NCBI GenBank assembly: GCA_026026165.1 | Contig: JAPEUD010000009.1 | Coordinates: forward strand, 1-64,000 | DNA: 64,000 bases | Direction of reading: 5' to 3' | DNA from: Sarea resinae | Lineage: Eukaryota | Part shown: positions 50,404 to 60,681 of the stretch, in pieces | Layout of the letters: each line of letters starts with the position of its first letter | Position numbering within the stretch: position 1 is the stretch's first letter | Position numbers and translations under genes: made by a program | The notes under the pieces: model-generated | The model's input: only the letters and a program-made list of their open reading frames with translations | Told to the model about the DNA's origin: nothing | Databases searched by the model: none

Positions 50404-53400
50404 TCAAGACGGTGGTAGCGTGTTTGGAGGGCTCGGGAAAAGAGTGTAGGAGACGCGGTGGTTTGGCTTGAGATGCGGAAGCGTCGTGTCGGATCGCGTG
50501 CGGAAGCTGACCGGTGGCAGGTCAGACGGACTGTCGAGTATTTCCAGAGCAGCCTCCGATTTCGATCGCTCTCTGCTCGGCATCCGCACTTGCAGCTTCT
50601 CGACGCTTCCGTTCGGGCTGACGGGCTTCTTGCCGGACTTCTGAGAATCGCGTGCCGAATTGCGAGCAGAACTGCGGCTTCGGCTATGAGAAGATGTGGT
50701 GGACTGACAGTCGTTGATGGAAGCGATCTGATCGGCCAATTGCTCGGCTACGGCGTCAAAAGCTTCCTTGCAGCTGCGGCTGTGAACCAGGTCGGGCACG
50801 CTGCTTGCAGAGTTGATGGACCGATGACCATTCGCAAAGGAAGCAGCTCGGGACAGAATTATGCTCTCCTGCGAATTACACTTGTTGAGTGACGTCCGGC
50901 TGTGGAGGGAATCGGTCCCGCTTTCAGCAAGATCTATGACGGGCGGATAAACGGGGAAGTTACGTTCAGCACCCGGCGGATAGATATCGTCATAGAGCCT
51001 ATCCTGGATCATCTGCGCCTCAAAGTCTTGAGGTATGAGGAGGGACGGAGAGATGGTGAAGCCGTCAGATTCCTTGAAAGAGGACGGGTTGGGAGGTGGA
51101 AGCAGCAGGTGTGAGGGGGTCACGACCTCGGTATCATTGGTAGAGGCTGATTGAGCTGATCGCGGCTCAAGGTCAGGAATCCCCTGTTTAGGAGGAATTA
51201 GCATAGAGGGCCGAAAAGCCCCAGGGAAAAACTGGGTTCGCAGTGACCCATCGCGTACTTGAAGTGAACTCTTCGTTTCCGGCTTTTCCGAGTACACGCT
51301 GTCGTTCAGCTTTTCTAAATTCTCCTCTTCGCCTGGTACAGGTGGCAGAGGTGCATTCTTCCGCTCGTGCTCCATCTCGTTTCGTTCCCGATCGAACGAC
51401 TTCCGGTCCCACTCGAACTCTCCGTCAGCTTCTGCGCCGTGCTCGTAGCAGTAATCAATGTCATCTTCCCAGCAATCATCAGCGGCCCTTCCGTAGGCAG
51501 TCAGCTTCTCGGCTGAAGCAGACTTGGCGCCAGACGCTGGCGGTGGATAGTATGCCCCAAGAGTATCTGAAGCTTGTGAAAGTCTTCGGTTGTCCTGGTT
51601 CATCACCGCCGACAATCGCGCAGAGTCCAACGAGGGCCGCCCAAATGTCTGATTACTCGGGGATGCAGGCATGTGACGAACGGTGGAGACCACGGAATCA
51701 GATCGAGAATTGGGGTCTGAGACCGTCTTTGTGAGATAATGCTCTTCCTCCTCGGGAACGTCTGCCAAGTCGGTGAATGAAGGGGCTCGGAGGTGTAAGG
51801 CGACATCGTTGGGGGTAGTGACCGCATGTGGAGCATCATGAGGCTCTTCTTCTGGCGGTTCCGAAGCAGCCGGAGGTGAGGACAGCAGAGGATCCATCGG
51901 TTGCGGGTCTCTAAAGCTGAGGTTACTCGCAGGGCGCTCCGTAGATGGGGGCGACGGTTGGTCTGCCAGCGTCTGCCCATAAGCCACAGTGACTGCGGCT
52001 CTTGAAGATCGCCTGGGAGGTGGGATCACTGGTCCCGATTGCAGCTTGGAATTCCTCTTTGGGCTGTTTCGCGAAAAGTTCTCAACGGATCGACTCTGTC
52101 GGAGCTTTTTCTGAGGTTCCGCCGGAGGAGATTGCATCGACTCTCGGAGAAGATCATGCGATCTCGCAGGGCTCAGCCTCGGCGGCGTCTCCGATTCCGA
52201 CGGGTTGGCTGTTAATGGCGACGGTGTGACATCTTCAGAAGAAAAGTTCTTGAAGTGAAGGTCATCAGCCCGAATGCCTTGAAGTTCACGGCGAGGAGCT
52301 TGCGATGCGCGAATGGCAGAGAACTCGGTTATAAGCTCATTGTGGCTGGTCCGATCTAGTTCCCGAAAGTGATGAGCACCAGTATGGGTGAGATGCTGGA
52401 AGCCAAATGGCTCCGAGATGTTTCGTTTCCAGCTCGCTCTGTTATCCTTCCGGCTCCTCAACAGTTTTGCCGACCCAGAAGTCCAGTCGAAATAATCTTC
52501 CAAGCCGTCGAGATTGGGATTTTTTTTGGAGTAGGAGTTCGAAGGAGGCGGCCTGGTCGCAGTGGTCGGGCCGACGCCGTCAAAGTCGAAATACTCCTCT
52601 ATGCCTTGCACATTCGTCTCCTTCTTACTTGGCTTGTTTGTCTCTTTCGTTTTCTTCGTCGGTTCTCGCTTCACGCTCACAGCAGGAGCTGGAGCGGAAC
52701 CAACCCAGTCAAAGTTTTCCTCAATGTCGTTAAAGTTGGACTTCTCCTTCTTCGGAGGCTTTTCGAGACGCCTTGGGACAGGAGCTGCACCAGCGCCCTC
52801 CCAATCAAAATATTCTTCGATGCCATTGATGTTGGGCTTCTCCTTTGAGGGCTTTTCGAGGCGGATCGGAGCAGGAGCTGGTCCGGCGGCATTCCAGTCA
52901 AAGTATTCCTCTATGCCATCGACGTTGGGCTTTCCCTTCTTGGCCGGCCTCTCGGGCCGCTTCGGCGTCGGTGCCGGACCAGTGCCGTTCCAGTCAAAAT
53001 AATCCTCGATGCCCTCAATGCTGGCCTTGCCCTTCTTTTTCTTATCGGCCTTTGCGAGTTTCGCAGGCTTGGCAGCCGGTGGTGCACCGGAGCCCCAGTC
53101 AAAGTACTCGGCTATGCCATCGAGGTTCTTGCCGCTGCTCTTTTTCTTCGAAGCCTTCGGTACCTTTCCCGACATGGCCGAACCGGGCCTGAAGTCGAAA
53201 AACTCTTGAATCTCGTCAAGACTCGTGGGCTCGTCCTTCTTTGGCTCTGGTGGGTGTCTCCCCCCCATCGAAGATTCCGGCCTCCAATCGAAGTACTCTT
53301 CTATCCCGTCCAGGTTACTGTTTGCTGACGACAAGCTGAACTTGCTGTTGTGTCGTCTCAGGATTTTGCTACCCCTTGCGAATATATTCCGCGTCATGCT

Positions 53401-53739
53401 GTCCGATCGTTCGGACCGTTGAGCCCCGCCAATTGAGTTTGACCTCCCTTCTCGCGAAGTTCGACCTGAAGGAACGTCGGTGGAAGTCATCGAGCCCAAA
53501 GACCGCTGCGAAGAAGAAGCCGAGTTTGCGGTATTACTCCTCGAACGTCCTCCAAAGACGGAGCTGCGCTTCAAGTGATCCGCGTATCCGCGGCCGGCAT
53601 GAGGGCCATAGTTGTCTGCCATCGGAGCACGATGAGGTGAAGTCGAGGAATCTCGTCTCGAAACTGGCCGAACATAGGTATTCGACTCTTTAGAGGTATT
53701 CCGTGGGTGAGGCGAGGGGTTCTTGTTGAACAAGAACAT
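50404..53739 (-). CDS. CRIB-motif (Cdc42/Rac-binding) protein, largely disordered, with nine tandem acidic-aromatic repeats
   Basis: Intronless 1111-aa ORF; CRIB ISEPFGFQHLTHT followed by L..EFSAIRASQ.P..EL.GIRA; WEDDIDYCYEH.AEAD..F.W block; C-terminal SY.LFP. Confidence 0.85.
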   Translation of the reverse strand: MFLFNKNPSPHPRNTSKESNTYVRPVSRRDSSTSPHRAPMADNYGPHAGRGYADHLKRSSVFGGRSRSNTANSASSSQRSLGSMTSTDVPSGRTSREGRSNSIGGAQRSERSDSMTRNIFARGSKILRRHNSKFSLSSANSNLDGIEEYFDWRPESSMGGRHPPEPKKDEPTSLDEIQEFFDFRPGSAMSGKVPKASKKKSSGKNLDGIAEYFDWGSGAPPAAKPAKLAKADKKKKGKASIEGIEDYFDWNGTGPAPTPKRPERPAKKGKPNVDGIEEYFDWNAAGPAPAPIRLEKPSKEKPNINGIEEYFDWEGAGAAPVPRRLEKPPKKEKSNFNDIEENFDWVGSAPAPAVSVKREPTKKTKETNKPSKKETNVQGIEEYFDFDGVGPTTATRPPPSNSYSKKNPNLDGLEDYFDWTSGSAKLLRSRKDNRASWKRNISEPFGFQHLTHTGAHHFRELDRTSHNELITEFSAIRASQAPRRELQGIRADDLHFKNFSSEDVTPSPLTANPSESETPPRLSPARSHDLLRESMQSPPAEPQKKLRQSRSVENFSRNSPKRNSKLQSGPVIPPPRRSSRAAVTVAYGQTLADQPSPPSTERPASNLSFRDPQPMDPLLSSPPAASEPPEEEPHDAPHAVTTPNDVALHLRAPSFTDLADVPEEEEHYLTKTVSDPNSRSDSVVSTVRHMPASPSNQTFGRPSLDSARLSAVMNQDNRRLSQASDTLGAYYPPPASGAKSASAEKLTAYGRAADDCWEDDIDYCYEHGAEADGEFEWDRKSFDRERNEMEHERKNAPLPPVPGEEENLEKLNDSVYSEKPETKSSLQVRDGSLRTQFFPGAFRPSMLIPPKQGIPDLEPRSAQSASTNDTEVVTPSHLLLPPPNPSSFKESDGFTISPSLLIPQDFEAQMIQDRLYDDIYPPGAERNFPVYPPVIDLAESGTDSLHSRTSLNKCNSQESIILSRAASFANGHRSINSASSVPDLVHSRSCKEAFDAVAEQLADQIASINDCQSTTSSHSRSRSSARNSARDSQKSGKKPVSPNGSVEKLQVRMPSRERSKSEAALEILDSPSDLPPVSFRTRSDTTLPHLKPNHRVSYTLFPSPPNTLPPS

Positions 53740-56119
53740 GGTTCGGACAGAAGGGAACCCCTACGGAAATGGCCTCTTGTATATATATGATTTGTAGCAC
53801 CAGCAGCTCCGCACATGCACTTTCGTCTGGTGTCGAGGCGACGGTCAGACGGCGTACGACCCAATCTTAAAATTGGCTCATTAGCCCAACGCTTTCAAAT
53901 CGGAGCCAAGTTCCAAAACGCAATCAGGGCCATACTAACATCGAGAGAGAGATTTCCCGTCCAGAGAACACAGTGAGAGTGTCTGTGGCCGAGAGTCTCG
54001 AAAGGAATTGATCGTAGCGTCTTTGGCAATGGCTCGGTAGCTTGGGGTCTCTCGTGGGACCGTTATTGCATGGCGAGCCCCTACTCTTTGTTCTGCTCAG
54101 TGGCCGTCGGCTCTCGTCCAAGGCACCGTCGGCTTTCGTCCGAGTCAATTGACGGCACAGCAGTGGCGTCGACGGCAGCACGATCAGTCACTGGTGATCG
54201 GTGGAGCATTCAATGGCACGCGTCAGGCACAGGAGAGAGCAAGACAGCAGGCCGAAAAGTGTCGAAGACGGGACCGCGGCAAGTCTCTTCTGCTTCTCTA
54301 TCCACGCCACGCGGGTTGGGACACGGCGACATATACATAAGCCATCAATCTACATAGTACCACTATCCACTGTATGTAGGCGATATGGATGTATTACTAC
54401 CTAGACCGCAGTAGCAGTCGCCGTAGCAGCAGGTTGGCCGGGACCAGGCATGTCTGACCAGGCTGTCCGATCGAACTGACAGGGCAATTGGAAAAAGACC
54501 GGCATTGACGATTTCTGACCCTGTACCGAAGGAGCACGAAGTAGAGTACGACGTCGTGGTACCTCGTCGACTACTACGACTAATCGGTGGGCAGGTAACT
54601 CAACTGGGTAGTTGTAGCACGAGCCCCGAGCACGATCTGCTCGGGTCTAACCTGAAGGATCCGGATCAGGGAGAAGGGGAGAGCGAGGAGGGGGGGAGGG
54701 GGGGAGCGAGGACGGCAAGGGGAAGGGGCAAGGGAAGGGCCAGGGGAAGAGATTCGGCCATGGATGGGTGAAGAACGAGTGCGACCGCGGTACGCCATAA
54801 GGCACGAAGCCAGCACTGATCGTAGTACTATGTAAATCATGTCCACGGGTACGTAAACGAAATGCAACGGCGAACAGCTTGACAGCTTGCCGTAGATACT
54901 CAGGGCTCTACTATAGTACTCCAGCTGTGGACTCCGGTACTTCGTTCGTACTCATCGTAGTAGAGTAGGTACCTCATGTGCGAGACGGCTTGTGTCGACC
55001 CGCTGCCCGGGAAGCCCTGGCTAACAGTCCGCACGGAAGGTTTCAGGGTTCAGAGGCACAGGCACAGGCACAGGCACGGGCACAGTATTGAGTACTCTAC
55101 TTCAGCATGTCGGGCGACAAGTAGCATCGAACTACGGCATCGTCGACCGTGGACGGTACGGTCGGCAAATATTCAATCAACGACGATAATCATCTTGCGC
55201 AGGAGAGGGGCTGCATCATTGGATCCGGACCGCGTCCTGAAGTATGACGGAGTTACAGTACGAGGTGAGCCCGGGCTGGAGGGGAACAAGGGACTCGCTG
55301 CACGGTGATGAATGAATTGATGCTTCTTTCGTCCTCTCGGTATCTCTCTCCCATGCATGCATGCATGCCTTCCCAGCCCACCGTGCGAGCGAAAGAAGCA
55401 ACGAAAAGAAAAGAAAAGAAAAGGCGAAATAGAGTCAAAGGGACAAAGAGAAAAAGCGAAAAGACGTTGGATCAACTCGGCTAAGCCCGATTCCACTGCA
55501 ACAACCGAACCGTCAGGGTCCGGCAGCGGCGTTCTTAGGCGTCCTCGAACGTTTCCCTCGACCGAGTTATTTGGTCCCCACCCAACGATGGTAGTTGTAA
55601 AAGCAACTCGACTCATGCAGAGGAGCCCCCCCACCCCCCTGACAGAACCCCCTAAGAGCCCCCTGAGGGTGCGCGCCGCAAGATTGGTCAGGCCATGTCA
55701 GCCAGGCACAGCAACCTGGCGGGGCTAGCAACTTCTGGACGCACTAGAGACGCATCCGGATCACAATCTCCAGGGCGTCATGCCATGGTTGTCATCGTGC
55801 TGAACCGACCATCTGGTTCGTTCGCTCCATCGGACCACAAGGGGGGATCGGGAGAAAAGCTAGAAGGTCGTGATTGGCTCTATGGCGGCTGATGTCTTCG
55901 GGAGGAAATGGTCGGTCGCTTGGTTGGTCGAAGGCTGCGATTTGCAGTGCTAGAGAAGAGGCCATCGAATGTATGGCGTATGTAGCGTAGCAGACGCAGG
56001 AGCAACAACAAGCCCGTGAATGTTTACCTTTTTGGACCTGAGGTGGTGCAGCATATACGAAAAGCAAGCATAAAGCAACGGATCCAATGTTTCAAGCATC
56101 ACCTGTCTAGCGACAGGCA

Positions 56120-56212
56120 CGGCCACGGCCACGGCCACGACCACGACGACCACGACGACCACGACGACCACGACGACCACGACGACAACGGCGAGGACGA
56201 GGACGAGGACGA
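56120..56212. repeat. Compound GC-rich minisatellite (GGCCAC)n(GACCACGAC)n(GAGGAC)n
   Basis: Direct tandem units visible at 56120-56212. Confidence 0.9.
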
Positions 56213-58984
56213 CAATGGCCTTGGCCGCCTCAAAGGGATCCCTGCGGGACCTGCGGGAGAGTATTGACCCGGGACACGTTCCTCCGATGTCTTCTCGAAT
56301 GAGGGAACCGCTCGTGCTCTCGAGTCCATGGTCGGAGCACACAGCGTCAATCTACCGACATACACGGCATACTCATACATAGTAGTACATGGCATTGTCC
56401 CAGGGCCCAGAATCGGTTTGCTGCAGCATCTCAATATAGCAGACGTGGTCCAGTGCAGTCTCACTAATTTCCTTACATATAAACTTTCCAGATGCAGAGT
56501 TGGCAGTCGGCCCCGATTCGGGCCTCCGTCTACAAAGAGTAGTACGTCGATGCTCATCAAGGCGCGGTGGTCGAGTACCCCGTCGTCCAAGACGGAGACA
56601 GCCATCGGATCGGTAGTGATCGTCATGTTTCCAATTGCTTTGGGACCGTGAACCGAGATGCCTTACGGTGCATATTCTGACACGCCAACCCCATCGGTGA
56701 TCGGCGACCTGTCTGAAGGCTCGCGCATCAGGGGCCTGGGGTCACGACCACTTTCGAGGCCTCTTTCCAGGCCTCTTGACTACTCCGTACTTACTGGGCC
56801 CGGCCCTCCTCTGATCGCGTGCTTGCTGTGCCTCTACTGCGTGCCTCTACTGCGTAGGAATTGCCTGAAGTCGTTGTCGGTGGACCCCGACGAGAGTGCA
56901 TCATGTACTTCCAAGTAGTCCATACTGGCCTCGTCGCGGTGGATGGATTCCTCATTCCTCGTGCTGTACCGCGTTTCTCCCACGCGTTGCCGTCTCCCAT
57001 CTGCTCGTACCTCATGTTTGCTGCAGACCCAGTCAAGGTTCACTCTTATTATTGTCTACATGGGCACTTGGGCATGGATATCTCGAGTACGACACGTGTG
57101 GAGAAATTACCCCGACCGCCATCATTTATTCGGGGCATTTTCTGATTGGCTGGCTATTCTGGCAGAGTGGCCTCTCTCTGGAGTCTGGATCGGGAGAGAG
57201 AACAGGCGGGGAAATGCCGAATCTCGAGATGAAGACGACAACGACGGCGCCATGACAGTCTGACACATTGACATATTGACGCATCGACGCATCGACGCAT
57301 CCTACGCCTCACTTTCGAGCCTCTTCGTCTCGTCGAGGTATTTTCTGCTCTCGGTGGCCGTGAGAGGAGAGAGGCCGGAAGAGGAGAGACGGTGGCTTGC
57401 GGTCAGGGTCATGGCTGGCCCGTTGTGGCACCTTTTGCACCTTTGCACCCCAGGCCGTTCCCACTAAGATGAAGCTACCGCCAAGTCAGACGGACGGCAG
57501 GTTCGAGAACAACAAGGGACTGGCTGGGTGCTGCTACTGTAGGTACCTGATGTCAGTGAGACAGCCCGCCCTCGAGCCCGTCTCTGGCCGCCCATTAGCG
57601 AGACCCAAAGGAGCCCGCGACCTGTCGAGCTGTCAGGGACATTGAAAGCCCTAAAGAGCAACGACAGGTACCAGTACCTTGGAGTCGAGTTGTAGTAGGA
57701 GTACTCCGGTACTCCGTATGCGGTGGGACGCGATATTCATCATCATCACGTCGTGTAAGAGTAGGTAGTGCACGATAAATAACTCTCGACCCGGTGAGTC
57801 CATCAAGCGCCAATCATCGCGATACCTGATACGTGGAGACGCACACATTGTCTAGTATGTATGCCGGCCACATTCCTCATGTCGACGACGACAACGACGA
57901 CGACGACGATAAACGTAGTCAAGTAAAAAGCTGCGGATGACTAGCTGGGATGGATGAGATAGCCGCATGGGCGTGGCTGGCTTGGCACGGGCAATCCTCA
58001 ACATCGAGGATTACGTACAGGACGGTGTACGAGATGAACAGACGATCCTTTGATTGCATGATCATCCTCCGTCCGTTTGATCTTCGATGAGCGTCTTCAT
58101 CGCACGCTCATCGGTAGCGATGGAAGGTGAACACCTATCAGTCTGTTGATCGTCATCCATTGTTCTCTTAGTCTTCTGATCGAGCTACGAGTGAGCTCGC
58201 TCGAGGCTCTTGAGGAGCGGATGAGTGAGAGATTGGGCGTCAATGTCCTCGGCAACGACAATATAACATTGCCCACCTCCTTATCGAGATTAATCGATCG
58301 ATCAATCAATTGATTTCCATCTCTATCCATCAATAGAACCAGCGAATACTCCGGAGTAAGCCAGCCAACCAGCCACCCAGCCAGCCCCTACTAATCCCAA
58401 TGCCAACGCTAATGCTAATGCCTCCATCCCCTTCTATATCAAGTACTGCGTAACGAAGTGATCGACCAACATCATCTCAACAAACGAACAACCGAACAAA
58501 CGAGCCAACGATCTCATCTCATCTCATCTCGACCCATCTTGACCCATCTCGATCCTTCTCGTCTCATCTCGTCTCGTTCCGTCTCGTTTGTTCATTCGTT
58601 GATTCGTTTCTTCTTTCGTCTCATTCGAGGTTCGGAAGTCCATTCAACATCTGTTCATCGGTTCTCATCTCGGTAATCTGCTCTTTCTCTCTTCGTTTCC
58701 CCCCTTTTTTGCGTTGTCTACATACATACGTACACACACGTACTCTACGTGTCTGCTTTTTGTCGACTGCCTTTTTGGGTCTTCTCTGTACTCCGTGTTT
58801 TCCCTTCTCCTCTCTTTCTCTTCTCCTTCCTCCCTAGGCCGCCTCTCTGTTATTACCTTTCTCTCTATTCCTTACCCTCCCTTCCCCTTGCCCTCCCCCT
58901 TGCTGCCTGTGCTGCCTCCGCTGCTGTTCCTAGGAGGCCTACGTATAATAGACGCTCCTGTCTCTCTATCTCTATCTCGCTCTT

Positions 58985-59015
<31 letters not shown>

Positions 59016-59234
59016 AAACTCTAACTAAATAATTACCTAATTAATTTAAGAAGAAAACCTACAACACTCTACTCCTTTTTCCCCCCTCTCTACCTATTAC
59101 TCTAAAGAAGTTTTTTTTTGGTTAAAAAATCATTCTAATTGTTGAGTTATTGTCTATCTAGATTCTAGTATCTACTATCTCCTACACGTTGATATCGATC
59201 TCGGATAAGATTATCTACCTAGCACTCTTTAGCA

Positions 59235-59324
59235 CTACCTGGACTACCTGAACTACTTGAACTACCTGAACTACCTAAACTACCTAAACTACCTGAAATA
59301 CCTTGACTACCTTGACTACCTTAA
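59235..59324. repeat. 9-bp minisatellite (CTACCTGAA-like) x10
   Basis: ctacctgga ctacctgaa ctacttgaa ctacctgaa ctacctaaa ctacctaaa ctacctgaa ataccttga ctaccttga ctaccttaa. Confidence 0.9.
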
Positions 59325-59380
59325 CTACTCTAGGTCTATAGTAATATTTCCCTTGTATAACTTTGTATATACATATATAC

Positions 59381-59384
<4 letters not shown>

Positions 59385-59430
<46 letters not shown>
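59385..59430. repeat. (AG)n dinucleotide microsatellite, ~23 units
   Basis: Uninterrupted ag run. Confidence 0.95.
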
Positions 59431-59431
<1 letters not shown>

Positions 59432-60681
59432 ACAAGTATACAAGCACGCTAAACAAGGAGGTAAGTCAGTAAATACCCAAGGTAGTCCTCTCTATCTATT
59501 AAACAACGAATAGTTTAATAGTTAAATCGTTGATCAATTCTAACCATCAGTATACTTAACTTGGTCAGGCAGACTACAGCTACATGTCTATCTTCTTGTA
59601 GAAGAAAGCTTAAAAATATCAATCACTTACTCTCTCTCTCTCTCTCTCTCTAGCTCTCTCTCTTATTACATAACTTTTCTTGATTATCATCGGATCCAAC
59701 CCCACCCAAGCTAGATACTACTACTTCCTCTCTCCACCCTCTAGGAACTTACCAACTCTGTACTACTACTACTACCTTATATACCTCCCTACCTTATCTC
59801 ATACATCTGCACTACATGAACCAATCCTCTAGCTCTCCTCCTAGAAGAAACCCCCCTCGAGACGAAAAATATAAAAGAACCTCCGCTCGGACTGGTGAAA
59901 AGGTAGGATTCTCATCTCGGATTGATACTTGCTTGCTTGCTAGATACCTAGGTCTACCTAGTGATTACTCGTACATACACAGCGGGGACCGACTAGAGTA
60001 GTAGCAGTGATAGCTGTAGCAGCAGCAGTAGTAGTAGTAGCCGCCGAGCCCGGACCCGAAAACCAGCCCAAGCCAAAAGACACACAGGAGATACAAGACA
60101 AGACAAGACAGGAGATAGGAGACGAAGAGGCAATGCTGAACGCCCTATCAAGACCATGTCAATGCTATGCCATGTTGATGCTGATGCTGATGCTAATACA
60201 AGTGTCAAGACTAGCGTCGATGCCCCAAGCCAATGGATACAAAGCACGGACGGACAGAAGCAGGACGGCTTTGGCGTGGAAGGCAAAGAGAAGAAAATAG
60301 AACAGAACAGAACAGGACAGGGAACCAAGCTAGACACGGGGGGATATCATTGGCGTAGGAAAGAGACAGGGGTAAGCAGAGGGATGGAAGAGATGGAGAC
60401 GCCCTTGAGGGGGACGGAAACGAGGGAGGTGGTGTGTAGAAGAGGGGGAGAGAAAGAGAAGAGGGGAAGGTAGAGAACTAGAGAGAAGAGGAGAGATAGA
60501 GGGATAGGGAGAAAGAGAGAGATAGGGAGGGAGGGAGACAGAAAGAGAGAGGGTATAGGATTTTACAAAATGGTTAAAAGTAAATCTGTACAATAGAACA
60601 AAACGGCGCAAAACCCTGCTGATGCGGTTCAGGTCATGTGAAGTAAAATAATTTACAGAGGACAAAGACAGATTGAGCAGA

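Noticed and set aside
52483..53316. Regularly spaced DNA repeats resembling a CRISPR array
   Set aside because: The repeats are degenerate at synonymous sites, lie in frame within a eukaryotic ORF, and no cas genes are present.
56016..56651. His/Asp-repeat ORF and neighbouring ORFs
   Set aside because: They stay open because of the 9-bp/6-bp tandem repeats; no splice or codon evidence for a gene.
59257..59472. 'NYLNYL..ERERER' ORF
   Set aside because: Translation of a minisatellite and an (AG)n run.
49500..60650. Telomerase RNA or telomere
   Set aside because: I found no TAACCCTAA-type template and no tandem TTAGGG array, only isolated words.
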